IMG/VR virus record: IMGVR_UViG_3300029142_000007
Location: 1 to 43,683 of that record
Strand: one strand, 5' to 3'
Length of the DNA: 43,683 nucleotides
Source of the DNA: a virus
Lineage: Duplodnaviria > Caudoviricetes
Below the pieces are notes generated by a model. That model searched no databases and was not told where the DNA came from. It saw only the letters and a list, made by a program, of their open reading frames with translations. Shown one piece after another: positions 1 to 9,880 of the stretch (position 1 is its first letter; every line of letters starts with the position of its first letter). The position numbers were made by a program, and so were the translations under genes.

Positions 1-17
1 GTTTCCCAGTCACGATC
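1..17 (+). other. Library primer remnant (SISPA/random-PCR tag GTTTCCCAGTCACGATC)
   Basis: Exact match to the widely used Round A/B random-amplification primer tag. Its reverse complement ends the window. Confidence 0.9.
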
Positions 18-52
18 GGGGAGGGGTATCGGGCCTGCGGCGTATTAGACAT

Positions 53-92
53 AAAAAGACCCCCCTAGGCACTGCTCATGACCTAGAGGGGC
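53..92 (-). terminator. Rho-independent terminator of the leftward operon
   Basis: On the minus strand, a GCCCCTCTAGG...CCTAGGGGGG stem is followed by TCTTTTT, downstream of the ORF ending at 166. Confidence 0.7.
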
Positions 93-165
93 TAGTAGAG
101 GAAACTACAGATCACTTGAGAGGCGTTCTGCAGTAAATATATTATACTGGCGCTATTGTATTACT

Positions 166-996
166 TCAAGCCTTTAGTGGACGCCACCATGTCCAGTTAT
201 TACCTTCCATAAGAGTTGCAATTTGAGCAATTCTAGCCTCAGTTGATGGATGTATTAGGTTAGGACCTGCATTAAATGCCTCTAACATCATTCTAGTCAT
301 TTCAGTGATAGCAGGATGATGTAAGTCTGGATACAACTCCTGTAGTACTGTCTTGAGATTAGTAAATACACGAGTAGTTTCTTTTGGTGTCATAGGCCAA
401 TACAAACCAGACATACGATTATCTACGCCATGGGCACGATGTTCTATAGTCTTACTCTCACTAGTCTTAGCAGTCTGAGCATTGTAATAATCTTCTTCTT
501 TCTGCCGCTCCAAAGCTTCTTGGAATTTATCAGCTTTTTCTTGTCCAAGCATCTTAGCTACAATATCTGTAGGTATACCTGTGGGATCAGTAGGTTTGTG
601 GTAATGGGAATGACGGGGCGGTTGATAATCGTGCCTTACGGCGTCCTCGTTTACAGGCTCAGCCGACATATCAACCACCTTACCTTCAGGAGTGATCATG
701 ATGGGATCAATAGCCTTATGGGTAATAATGATAGACCCACTGTAGTGGCCAATCTGGCACTCTTTAAGAAGGTTAAGCAGTTGGCTTACAGGTGTTGTAG
801 CAGGAAGAGGGAGATCTTCTCTGCTAAGATCAGGATGTAGTTGATCAGGGCTGAAGATGTGAAGCATTCCTCGGCTTTGTTCATGATCTACAACATAACG
901 AGGCTTGCCTTGTACTGTCCAAAATTGCGCAACAATGTGACCGTCAAATGCATATCCTGTTACTTTGGAAACAGCTTGTCCGATTTTGAATTTCAT
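166..996 (-). CDS. Hypothetical protein with N-terminal DfrB/R67-DHFR-like SH3 domain
   Basis: N-terminal FKIGQAVSKVTGYAFDGHIVAQFWT...YVVDHEQSRGMLHIFSPDQL aligns by eye with R67 DHFR [25 protein letters not shown]...YAVESEAHPGSVQIYPVAAL. The rest is unrecognised. Confidence 0.55.
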   Translation of the reverse strand: MKFKIGQAVSKVTGYAFDGHIVAQFWTVQGKPRYVVDHEQSRGMLHIFSPDQLHPDLSREDLPLPATTPVSQLLNLLKECQIGHYSGSIIITHKAIDPIMITPEGKVVDMSAEPVNEDAVRHDYQPPRHSHYHKPTDPTGIPTDIVAKMLGQEKADKFQEALERQKEEDYYNAQTAKTSESKTIEHRAHGVDNRMSGLYWPMTPKETTRVFTNLKTVLQELYPDLHHPAITEMTRMMLEAFNAGPNLIHPSTEARIAQIATLMEGNNWTWWRPLKA

Positions 997-1286
997 TTTG
1001 CCTGTCCTTCTGTTCTGGATATATTATGGTAAAGTTTCATACGATCTTCTGCATCTTTGATCTCTGCATCATTTGTAGTTAAAATATCCATACGATCTTT
1101 GTTGAAGCGGTTGATTGAAGCTTGTAAGTCAGTTAGCTCACGATTAATCCGCTGAAGATTAGTTATTCCGGGGTTGTCTGGATGAAAGTTGTATATGCCA
1201 AAGCGTATAGCTTTATGGCACTCTTGTGCAACTTCTGTAGCCTCTTCTGCGATTTGCAAAAGTTTGTATTGGATCTCTGATAGCAT
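993..1286 (-). CDS. MazG-like nucleotide pyrophosphohydrolase
   Basis: Acidic motif pattern AEEATEVAQECHKAIRFG...RELTDL is typical of small phage MazG-like proteins. Confidence 0.7.
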   Translation of the reverse strand: MLSEIQYKLLQIAEEATEVAQECHKAIRFGIYNFHPDNPGITNLQRINRELTDLQASINRFNKDRMDILTTNDAEIKDAEDRMKLYHNISRTEGQAK

Positions 1287-1290
1287 GATT

Positions 1291-1485
1291 TTATTCCCTT
1301 GGGTCTGTGAAGTCGTTTAATTCTTCAACTGCTTTCTGATAGGACACAACGAAGTAATCTCGGCCTTTATATTTGCGAACAGCTATGGCCTTAACTTCGT
1401 ATCCGTCGATGCCTTGGAACTTACAATCACTATCGAAAGCTTTGACTGTGCTGTAAGTCTTTACTCTGGAGTGGTATTTGATCAT
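1291..1485 (-). CDS. Hypothetical protein
   Basis: 64 aa, AGGAG SD, start coupled to the upstream stop (TAATG). Confidence 0.65.
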   Translation of the reverse strand: MIKYHSRVKTYSTVKAFDSDCKFQGIDGYEVKAIAVRKYKGRDYFVVSYQKAVEELNDFTDPRE

Positions 1486-1763
1486 TACATCTCCTGTAGT
1501 TCGATATAGATGAAAACGTCGTCGTATTTCATGTAAATTCGGCTGCTGTTTTCATCATGAATGATAGTTGGATTAGTTCCCATCACGAAATATCGATTAT
1601 GAGCTTCTTGAAGAGGTGCCATATGATAATAGAACAACCTTTTCATGATTTTGGCTCTTTTCAATCGCTCTACAAGTGGTGTAATAGCAGCGCAAAAGTG
1701 CTCAAAATACTCATGGTCTTTGTCTGGTAGGACTGGGAACATTTCTTTAGGAAGTTTGTCCAT
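1485..1763 (-). CDS. Hypothetical protein (start reassigned to ATG 1763, MDKLPK...)
   Basis: AGGAG SD sits 5 nt before ATG 1763. The longer TTG start at 1871 lies at about the predicted transcription start. Confidence 0.6.
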   Translation of the reverse strand: MDKLPKEMFPVLPDKDHEYFEHFCAAITPLVERLKRAKIMKRLFYYHMAPLQEAHNRYFVMGTNPTIIHDENSSRIYMKYDDVFIYIELQEM

Positions 1764-1879
1764 TACATCTCCTGTAGTTGACGAAAAAGGGCCCCGCACA
1801 TGCCAGAAGCAATAGCGGGACCAAGTTTGTTGCGATCGAGTTGGGAAGGCGGGAGGAGATTTCCTTTCCAACTAAATAT

Positions 1880-1908
1880 ATTGTAACTTACGGTTGTATA
1901 ATTGTCAA
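1880..1908 (-). promoter_or_regulatory. Sigma70-type promoter, leftward
   Basis: TTGACA-N17-TACAAT on the minus strand in the AT-rich divergent intergenic region. Confidence 0.75.
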
Positions 1909-2195
1909 CCCACAACCTACAACACCTGTAGCGGAGGAACATTTCAAAGAAATGTAAAAAATAACCAACAATAAAATAAAATAATGAAAATTTTTCTGTA
2001 AATGGAAGGGTGGGTGGGGATGATTGTAGAATAGACCTATACCCTATCGGGTGAGTTTTTTCTGAATAATGACTAAGTTCCTTTTTATAGCATACTTCCG
2101 AGAAATAAGCAACCCTTTCAATTGACTATTTTTGATAACTGTGTAACTATTACCATGTTGCAACGAACTACAAGACTTGTAGAAGGAGTAAGAAA

Positions 2196-2537
2196 ATGGG
2201 ATATTCTGATATCAATGGTCCCGATTATACACCTGCTGTAGATCGCACTCCTCTGCGTTATAGCATTTCAAACGTCTTTGAGCGTATGCCTGAAGATCAA
2301 GAAGTGCTTTATACGCTAATTGGTGCGGCTCCGGGTGCGCTTGCACAGGCAAATCGTCCGCGTGTCCAGCATTCTCAGACTGAACTTGGTGGTGTTCGTG
2401 TTATCGAAAATCATTACAAGGTCAACCGGAATACGACTGCTGATGATGTGACTGCAATGCAGGCAATGGTCAACCGTTCTAGCCGCATTCCTCTAGCGGC
2501 AAACAAAGCTGGCCTATTTCTTGGCAAAGCAGGTTAA
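2196..2537 (+). CDS. Hypothetical protein, first gene of the late/morphogenesis operon
   Basis: 113 aa with AAGGAG SD. Confidence 0.75.
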   Translation: MGYSDINGPDYTPAVDRTPLRYSISNVFERMPEDQEVLYTLIGAAPGALAQANRPRVQHSQTELGGVRVIENHYKVNRNTTADDVTAMQAMVNRSSRIPLAANKAGLFLGKAG

Positions 2538-2539
2538 TT

Positions 2540-2564
2540 GAGATGGGGGAGCAATCCCCCTCTC
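2540..2564 (+). other. Stable intergenic hairpin (GGGGGA-GCAA-TCCCCC)
   Basis: GC-rich stem with a GNRA tetraloop right after stop 2537. No U-tract, so a stabiliser or attenuator is more likely than a full terminator. Confidence 0.55.
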
Positions 2565-2580
2565 TACTACAGGAGTTGTA

Positions 2581-3198
2581 ATGACTAAATTTCTTGCAGA
2601 CCCCGATGATCCACTCGTGACAGCTGATGGCGAAGTGTATTCTAGTGGGAACAAAGAAGCAGAGCTGACTACAGAAGTTGTAGAGATAGTAGTTCCTGCG
2701 AAAAAGCTTACAGCCTCGATGCAAAGAACCATTCGAGATTTTCCGGCTGCTACTCCGAATGAGCAGACGATTGTTAATGTCGTTATGGTATTCCATTTGC
2801 TCGGAATGAATGAAAACGAAATGTCGCACCATCTTGGTGTGTCTATCCAGCATGTCCAACAGATCAAAGAGTCTCCAGCTTTTCAGGAAACATATGATCT
2901 GCTCTTCCAAGAAGTTCTCGAAAACAATCGTACAAGTGCTGTAGCAAAGATTAATGCTGCGGCTTCTCGTGCTGTTGATAAGATGATTGAGCTTGTAACA
3001 GATGAAGAGGCTCCTGCAATTGTGCAGATGAAAGCTTCTGAGAATGTTATGAACCGCGCTGGTTTGTCAGAAGATAAACTGCATGGGAAGCATCGCACAG
3101 ATGATAGTGATCAGGTTTTGCACATTGTTATTGATGATGGTGAGCGAAATGCAGGTCCAAGTATTAACATAAACTTCGGAAACAAAGATGGCGAATAA
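2581..3198 (+). CDS. Putative terminase small subunit
   Basis: Directly upstream of and overlapping terL. HTH-like segment (MNENEMSHHLGVSIQHVQQIK) followed by a helical region. Confidence 0.6.
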   Translation: MTKFLADPDDPLVTADGEVYSSGNKEAELTTEVVEIVVPAKKLTASMQRTIRDFPAATPNEQTIVNVVMVFHLLGMNENEMSHHLGVSIQHVQQIKESPAFQETYDLLFQEVLENNRTSAVAKINAAASRAVDKMIELVTDEEAPAIVQMKASENVMNRAGLSEDKLHGKHRTDDSDQVLHIVIDDGERNAGPSININFGNKDGE

Positions 3199-4690
3199 GT
3201 ATGTTGTCAAACCCGGCGGCATTCATGATCGTTTCCGCCAACTAAGAGATAAAGTCCAGATCTTTGGTGGAGGATTTGGTAATGGTAAGTCTGCATGTTG
3301 CTGTGTAAAGGCAATTCAGTTTGCTTTAGACTATCCCGGCAGCAATGGGCTTATTGCTCGTGAGACTTATCCGAAGTTGAATGACACTGTTCGCAAAGAA
3401 TTCTATAAATGGGTTCCGAAGGGAGCAGTTAAAAGATGGCCTACAAAAGATGACAACACTCTCTATTTCAAAAACGGAAGTATTGTTAACTTTCGTTATA
3501 TTGCTCAGCGTGGTAAATCTTCCGTCGATGGTACCACTACTAGTAACTTGCTTAGTGCTACGTATGATTGGATTTTCGTCGACCAGATGGAAGACCCCGG
3601 TATCAAGCACAAAGACTTTTTGGATCTTATGGGGAGGCTTCGTGGTAACGCTCCCTATGTTGGAGATGATCCTACTATGCCAATGAAAGGCCCTCGGGTC
3701 TTTATGATGGCTGTGAACCCTACAGCTAACTGGTTCTATAAAAAACTTGTAGCTCCATATAAACGTTGGCAAGCTACAGAAGTTGTAGAGCCAGATTTGT
3801 TGTATTCTAAGAAACTTGGCAAGCCTATCATGGGACTTGTTGAAGGACCTACTCATGAGAATGCGCACAATCTTGAAGATGACTTCATCGATGGCCTCGA
3901 AACTACTTACACCGGCCAGATGTATGACCGTTTCGTATTGGGCAAATGGGCAGCTTATGAAGGACTTGTATATCCACAGTTTTCAACCGAAACCCACATG
4001 GTCCCTGAAGAAATTCTACACCAGAACTTGATGAAGGATTATGGCCTTGGACAGCGTTACACAGCTATCGAAGGGTTTGACTTTGGACTGGCTAAGCCTT
4101 CTTGTTACCTATTCGGTTATGTGGACACTTTTGGTCGGGTTATTATTCTGGATGGTTTTTATCGACCAACTCCCGATTTGGATCCAGCGGCTGAAGATAT
4201 TCTGCGCATCCGTTATAAATATGATCAGATGGTGAAGGTTGAGAATAGGATAATTGCTGATCCTGCGATATTCAAACGTACAGTGTTTCGTCGTGGAATT
4301 GGTGCTACAGCTGACACAGTTGCTAAGATCTTGAACTCTGATTATGAAATTGGATGTACGCCGGGACAGAATGATATTACATCTGGCATAACAAAAGTGT
4401 CAGCATATCTAAATCCTCATCCAATGATGAACTATTTTGACGCAGCCAAACCGGGACCGTTGATTTACTTCAATCGAAAGCTTACATTCATTGAAGATGA
4501 ATTTGATGCCTACTTTTGGTCAACGAATAGTGAAGGTGAGCGGCAAGATACGCCGAACGATAAAGACGATCATGCGATGGATACAATTAAGTATATGTTA
4601 TCCAAGCGTCCTGAAGCATCCACATTTATGTATCATGTACCAGTGGTAAGACCGGAGTATTACGAATGGCAAGAGGCCCCAGACGCGTAG
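3188..4690 (+). CDS. terL: Terminase large subunit
   Basis: Walker A GGFGNGKS, Walker B-like IFVDQME, NP coupling motif, RNase H-like nuclease GFDFG...DDHAMD. Confidence 0.92.
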   Translation: MANKYVVKPGGIHDRFRQLRDKVQIFGGGFGNGKSACCCVKAIQFALDYPGSNGLIARETYPKLNDTVRKEFYKWVPKGAVKRWPTKDDNTLYFKNGSIVNFRYIAQRGKSSVDGTTTSNLLSATYDWIFVDQMEDPGIKHKDFLDLMGRLRGNAPYVGDDPTMPMKGPRVFMMAVNPTANWFYKKLVAPYKRWQATEVVEPDLLYSKKLGKPIMGLVEGPTHENAHNLEDDFIDGLETTYTGQMYDRFVLGKWAAYEGLVYPQFSTETHMVPEEILHQNLMKDYGLGQRYTAIEGFDFGLAKPSCYLFGYVDTFGRVIILDGFYRPTPDLDPAAEDILRIRYKYDQMVKVENRIIADPAIFKRTVFRRGIGATADTVAKILNSDYEIGCTPGQNDITSGITKVSAYLNPHPMMNYFDAAKPGPLIYFNRKLTFIEDEFDAYFWSTNSEGERQDTPNDKDDHAMDTIKYMLSKRPEASTFMYHVPVVRPEYYEWQEAPDA

Positions 4691-6663
4691 TCCCAGAAGA
4701 TGTAGAGCTGAACGTTGTAGGCACTACAGAAGATGTAGAGACTAATGAGCAAGAAGCTGAACGTGAACTAGGTCAGTATAAACTGGCTGGTGGCATGTCT
4801 ATTCCTGTCCCAAAGGTTGTAGGCAAGATTTGGCAACGTCGTATTGATGATGCTATGAAAGCCTATGATGCTGTTCATGATATGTGGGATAAAGTTACAG
4901 ATGAATACGAAAAAGCCCAGATCCAATCTATGGAAGGGATCGAGAATATTACGGATGTAGCAGATGTTCCTCAATCTGCAGTTGATGAGCCTATTATTCG
5001 TGATAACATTCGTGTTCTCATGCGTACAGCTTATACACAAAATCCTCATTTAGAATTTACTGCCATGACAAAGCAGGCAGAGCCTATGGTAAAGGTTCTG
5101 AGTGAAGTTTTTCAATTTATGGCAAATAAAGAAACTGCTCCGGGCTTCAATTTGAAACAGCATATGAAGCGGTGGATTTTGCATGGACACTTCACTAATT
5201 TTGGTGTGATGAAGCTGGACTTTCAGGACAAAGAAGGTTCCAGAGATGAGGCTATTAATGAGTTTTCTCAAATTGAGCAAGAGCTTCAAAATGCTGACTC
5301 TGAGGACGAAATTGATCGTCTCATGGGGGCGCTACAAGCGTTGTATGAGACTATGCCATTGTTGAAAGACAAAGGTATCAAGCTCAATACTCTTCAGTCG
5401 AAAGCACTGATCCTTGATCCTGAAACAACGATGTATGACCTTTCTACTTGTAATTGGGCAGTAGAACTGGTGCCTCTTGATGAGAATTTTATCAATGAGA
5501 AGTATTATACTCGTGATGAAGAAGGTACTTTGCGTCTCATTGCTAATCCTAAGCATACAATGAAAGAGAAACGTGATCGTACCAAAGACGAAACAAAAGA
5601 GAGCGTACAAACTGAAATATTGAATACTGTTCTTGGAGACAATCCGACAGAACAAGATAAGTTGCGTATGCAGGATAAAACACTGTGCTATCGTATCTAT
5701 GATAGAATGCTGCGACGTATTTATCTATATCGTCATGATGATATGGCGTATCCATTGCATGTGTATCAAGATACAATGAACCTTTCTCGGTTCTATCCGT
5801 TCTTTATTCTTGGGTTTAATGAGCCAGTTGATACTATTATGCAAGGTGGCGAACCTGCTCACTATATTGGATATGTTGATGAGATTAATAAGACAAACCG
5901 TAAGCTTAAACAAATTCGCGATAGTGTGTTCGGTGCGCTCTTGTATGATAAAGACGTGGCTGACTCGAAAGAGGTCGAGAAGCTCATAAACCATTTGAAC
6001 AATCCACGAAAAGTGAAAGCTTTTGGTATTGCTAAAGCTGAAGGAGTGAAGAGAGTTTCTGAGATGGTGGAAGTATTTGCTCCTCCATCAATCGAATATG
6101 AAGGATTGTTTAATACTGCAAATCTCAGAGAGCGCCTTGGTAAGACTTCAAACATCTCTGATATTGAACGTGGTGAGCAGTTCAAGACGAATACCACAAA
6201 TAAACAAGTAGACTTCTATGGTGAGATTAAAAATGAGGCAACAAGTTTCATCTCTGATCAAGTAGAAGAACAATTTGAGTCTTTGGGTTGGGCAATCAGT
6301 GAATTGATTGTATCTAAGTATCAACCTGAAGAGATTGCTGAGATGATTGGAGAAGAGAAAGCTGCGGCCTTCCGTAATATGCCTGTTCCTGAATTTAACA
6401 AGTCATATACAATGGTTGTAGCAGCAGGGTCTACAGAAAAACCTACAAGTTTGTTCAAACGTCGTGAAGCAATGGAACTCGGTCAAGTTCTTGGCCAAGT
6501 AGGACAGGGGGCACCAGCAACAGTTACTGGCCTCTTGTTGCGTCTCTTTGAAGGCGCATTTAGTAACTTCTCAATCAGAGAAGAAGATTGGGAACAATTG
6601 AAGACAGAGTCAGCAGCCAACCTACAGCGAGGTGTAAGTACACAAAATGGCCAACAGCAGTGA
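4666..6663 (+). CDS. Portal protein
   Basis: 665 aa helical protein immediately after terL and before scaffold and capsid genes (podovirus synteny). Confidence 0.8.
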   Translation: MARGPRRVVPEDVELNVVGTTEDVETNEQEAERELGQYKLAGGMSIPVPKVVGKIWQRRIDDAMKAYDAVHDMWDKVTDEYEKAQIQSMEGIENITDVADVPQSAVDEPIIRDNIRVLMRTAYTQNPHLEFTAMTKQAEPMVKVLSEVFQFMANKETAPGFNLKQHMKRWILHGHFTNFGVMKLDFQDKEGSRDEAINEFSQIEQELQNADSEDEIDRLMGALQALYETMPLLKDKGIKLNTLQSKALILDPETTMYDLSTCNWAVELVPLDENFINEKYYTRDEEGTLRLIANPKHTMKEKRDRTKDETKESVQTEILNTVLGDNPTEQDKLRMQDKTLCYRIYDRMLRRIYLYRHDDMAYPLHVYQDTMNLSRFYPFFILGFNEPVDTIMQGGEPAHYIGYVDEINKTNRKLKQIRDSVFGALLYDKDVADSKEVEKLINHLNNPRKVKAFGIAKAEGVKRVSEMVEVFAPPSIEYEGLFNTANLRERLGKTSNISDIERGEQFKTNTTNKQVDFYGEIKNEATSFISDQVEEQFESLGWAISELIVSKYQPEEIAEMIGEEKAAAFRNMPVPEFNKSYTMVVAAGSTEKPTSLFKRREAMELGQVLGQVGQGAPATVTGLLLRLFEGAFSNFSIREEDWEQLKTESAANLQRGVSTQNGQQQ

Positions 6664-7786
6664 TATTGAAAATCTTCAAGACGATCTTGTCGATACCATC
6701 TTTGCAGGGGATGATGAGTTCGAGAAGGATGATGATCTCAAGCTTGAAGGTGACGTTCCGGGAGGTGATACTCTCGATGATGATGACAATGATGAAGATC
6801 CAAAAGGGCAATCAAAGTCAGAATTAGAAGCTGAACTTGAAGCTGAGTTGATGGGAGAGGAAGAAGGCAAAACTCCTATCAAAGAAAAGGCTCAGAAGCC
6901 TACAACACCTGTAGCTAAGAAGCCTGAGCAACAACAGCAGCAAGCTGACCAGTTCTCAACCAAAGATATTATTACTCCGTATGAAACTGATGCGGCTGGT
7001 AATATTACCTTGAATGGCAAAGTTATTGCCAAATCAGGTACTGAACGAAAGATGTTCGAGAGGTTCCGTGGGGAGTTTCAAAAGCAGCATCGTCAGACTG
7101 TTGAGCTTTCTCAGCATATGCAAAAAGTGGTGGATGCAGGTAAGCAGCTTAAAGCTAAATATGATAAACTGATCGAAAGCAAAAACTATGGAGATACCAT
7201 TGGATTGGTTGATGCGGAACAGCGTCAGGCTTTGGAAATTGCAGCAATGTCGAAGGTTGATCCGAAAGGTGCAGCCAAAAAGTTCTTGACGTTGATGCAA
7301 TTAAATGGTATAGATTTAAGTGAACTCGGGACTCCCGATGTAATGGACCCCAAAACTATAGCTGAACAGGCGGTCCAGCAGTACATCGCGTCACAGAAAC
7401 AAAATGAACCAGAGAAACAGCCAGCCTCTGCTACATTACCTGTAGACGTTCCCGACACTCCTGAAGCCCGAGAAGCGATGAGCTTTTTGGAAAAAACCCC
7501 TCAAGCGCGTCCCTTTGTACAGTACATTGATGACGCTAAGAGCAGGTTCCCGCACCTTTCCTATGATCAGATTTGGCACAACCTTCAACAAGGTGTTGCT
7601 AGAGCAAAGGCAAAGGCTGCCCAAAAGCCCGAACAGAAGAAGCCAGTTGATCCAGCATCGACGTCACAGACGCGTCAAAGGAAACGGCCTCAAAAGTTTC
7701 GGAACTCATCAGCAGATCCAAATCAATCATTCAAACAGATTGGTCGGGATTTGCTAAAGGATATTCAGGCTAGAGTCGGAGACTAA
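6647..7786 (+). CDS. Putative capsid scaffolding protein
   Basis: Very acidic N-terminus, coiled-coil core and basic C-terminus, between portal and capsid. Confidence 0.7.
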   Translation: MANSSDIENLQDDLVDTIFAGDDEFEKDDDLKLEGDVPGGDTLDDDDNDEDPKGQSKSELEAELEAELMGEEEGKTPIKEKAQKPTTPVAKKPEQQQQQADQFSTKDIITPYETDAAGNITLNGKVIAKSGTERKMFERFRGEFQKQHRQTVELSQHMQKVVDAGKQLKAKYDKLIESKNYGDTIGLVDAEQRQALEIAAMSKVDPKGAAKKFLTLMQLNGIDLSELGTPDVMDPKTIAEQAVQQYIASQKQNEPEKQPASATLPVDVPDTPEAREAMSFLEKTPQARPFVQYIDDAKSRFPHLSYDQIWHNLQQGVARAKAKAAQKPEQKKPVDPASTSQTRQRKRPQKFRNSSADPNQSFKQIGRDLLKDIQARVGD

Positions 7787-7788
7787 AA

Positions 7789-8745
7789 TTGGCAACTCCT
7801 GAGGCACTTACCCACGCGATGGCAAATCGCAGTCGGAAGAAAATGGTATTTGCTGCCACACTTGCTGGCGGTATTTACTCGTATCTGGCTGCTGCTGGTC
7901 GCATTGAAATGGAAGACGGTGGTCCAGAGATCGAAAACCCGATCATTACCGGTTCCAACCCCAACGTATCAAACGCAACTTACTTTGATACTGTATCGAT
8001 CGATGAAACTAACGAATTTGACACGGTCTTGTATAACATGACCCGTCTCGTTGGTTCTCTTGTCATGTCCGAACAGGAAAGTGATGAGAACAAAGGCGAT
8101 GCAAAGATCATCGACATTCTTTCTGGCAAGCTTGAGGCTCTTGAGCATGCTATTAAGAAGAAGCAGCGTACTGATGCTGTTGGCCTTAACTCTGGTGCCA
8201 AACCTAATGGTATTCAGAACCTCATCGTGTCTGATCCAACTACAGGTTCTGTAGGTGGTATTGATCTCGGTGCAACTCCGCTGTTCCGTAACTCCGCTTA
8301 CGACTTCGATGGTGGACTGGATGAAACAAACATTGAGGAAGCGTTTGACGATATCCTTGATGATCTGACACATGATGATGCGAAACCAAACGTCATCTTC
8401 GTCGGACGTAACATCTGGCGCAAGCATCGTGCAGCAGCGCGTGACAAAGCTCAAATCTCCCTCAAGGATACAGGCTTTGGCAAAAAGCTGATCAACCTCG
8501 GCGTTGTCGGCACAACTCACCAAGGCGTTCCGGTCATTTACGATGAGTATATGGACCCGAATGACTTCTATTTCGTCGATGACGAGCATCTGAAACTCCA
8601 TATCTTGCGTGGTGCGAATATGAAGGTGAAGAAGCTGAACTCTCCGTGGAACATGGATGCCATTGGCCGCCGTTACATCATGGAATACCAGCTTTGTAAC
8701 TGGAAGAATTACCGTACTCATGCCTATGGAACCAACTCCGTATAA
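7789..8745 (+). CDS. Major capsid protein
   Basis: 318 aa (TTG start) after the scaffold. GGPEIENPI and GSVGGID motifs resemble podoviral HK97-fold capsids. Strong codon bias. Confidence 0.82.
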   Translation: MATPEALTHAMANRSRKKMVFAATLAGGIYSYLAAAGRIEMEDGGPEIENPIITGSNPNVSNATYFDTVSIDETNEFDTVLYNMTRLVGSLVMSEQESDENKGDAKIIDILSGKLEALEHAIKKKQRTDAVGLNSGAKPNGIQNLIVSDPTTGSVGGIDLGATPLFRNSAYDFDGGLDETNIEEAFDDILDDLTHDDAKPNVIFVGRNIWRKHRAAARDKAQISLKDTGFGKKLINLGVVGTTHQGVPVIYDEYMDPNDFYFVDDEHLKLHILRGANMKVKKLNSPWNMDAIGRRYIMEYQLCNWKNYRTHAYGTNSV

Positions 8746-8753
8746 GAGGTATC

Positions 8754-9170
8754 ATGGCTACTGGTAACGCACTTAAAGGTGCTCGACTTGAGTTTGTGCT
8801 CCTTCCCTTTGATGAAGAATGGGATCGTGAGATTACTTCTTTTGATAAGAAGAAGAAGCACAACACCAAGAAAACGGTCAAAGAGACTGGAGGGTATATG
8901 CTCTATACTCCCTTTGGCCAGTGTTATCGACTGACGAAAGCTCAAGCTCAGAAAAAGGGTTTGGTTGATCGTGAGCCGGAAATCATCAACCTTGAGAAAG
9001 TCACGGACACTACAAGTCCTGTAGGCCGCTTCAAACATGCTCGTACTATGGAAGCGCGACAGAAGGCCTATCGGGATATGCAGGAGCAAGTTATTCGTTG
9101 CTGCAAAAACCGTGATGCACTCGTCAAGTTCATGAACGAAGGAGACTATGATGCCGCAAGCGCAGCGTGA
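8754..9170 (+). CDS. Hypothetical basic protein (virion-associated?)
   Basis: 138 aa, Lys/Arg-rich, GAGG SD, directly after the capsid gene. Confidence 0.7.
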   Translation: MATGNALKGARLEFVLLPFDEEWDREITSFDKKKKHNTKKTVKETGGYMLYTPFGQCYRLTKAQAQKKGLVDREPEIINLEKVTDTTSPVGRFKHARTMEARQKAYRDMQEQVIRCCKNRDALVKFMNEGDYDAASAA

Positions 9171-9858
9171 GTTCATCTCAGGTATGGAATATTATGTTCC
9201 ATGCATGTCCTGTGGTGCCGAACTTGGTCAGCGTCGTGAAGTATTGGTGGACTTTGGTACTCCAAATGCTTCATCTTCGACAAATATTACCAATGGTGGT
9301 ATTGATGCTGATGCAGGAGCTACAACTACTGTAGCATTGGCTACTCCTCCTACAGCTTCAGCTCGCTTTGGGCAGAATGTTCAGGCAGCTGCTTCTGGTG
9401 CAACAGGTGGAGATGTGATTATTGAGGTTCATGGTCGTGACTATCTTGGTCAGGCTATGGTCGAACAGATCACTGTTACCAATGCTGATGGTACAAGTGC
9501 TGTAGTAGGTGACAAAGCATTCTATTGGGTTGACAAACTTGTGCATGATGGTGGAGCAGGCAATGCTGTCACTATTTCTGTTGGGTTTGGTACCAAACTT
9601 GGAATGCCGTATGCTTCACAGGTTGTTGAGTATACACTCCGCAACCAAGTTGAAACTACATCTGGCACCTTTGTTGCTTTTGATGCAACAGATCCAGCTA
9701 CTGCTACTTCTGGCGATCCTCGTGGTACGTACATTCCTAATGCTGCGGCTAATGGTGCAGACAATATCAAAGTCTGGGCTAAAGTCACTGATTGGGTCAA
9801 TGACAATGACAACGGCGGATTGCATGGTATGCCTCAATACTATGGTACGCAGTTCTAA
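9148..9858 (+). CDS. Putative head decoration/virion structural protein
   Basis: 236 aa, Gly/Ala/Thr-rich beta-type composition, in the head module, GGAG SD. Confidence 0.6.
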   Translation: MMPQAQREFISGMEYYVPCMSCGAELGQRREVLVDFGTPNASSSTNITNGGIDADAGATTTVALATPPTASARFGQNVQAAASGATGGDVIIEVHGRDYLGQAMVEQITVTNADGTSAVVGDKAFYWVDKLVHDGGAGNAVTISVGFGTKLGMPYASQVVEYTLRNQVETTSGTFVAFDATDPATATSGDPRGTYIPNAAANGADNIKVWAKVTDWVNDNDNGGLHGMPQYYGTQF

Positions 9859-9880
9859 ACACTAAAAGAGGAGGCCGACA

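Noticed and set aside
1485-1499. Palindrome as CsrA/RsmA sites (consensus RUACARGGAUGU)
   Set aside because: The resemblance holds only for the few GGAG-spacer copies. Most spacers lack GGA and the spacer is one base longer.
2122-2150. Rightward sigma70 promoter for the late operon (TTGACT...)
   Set aside because: The -35 is good, but there is no convincing -10 at 16-18 bp spacing. Left unannotated.
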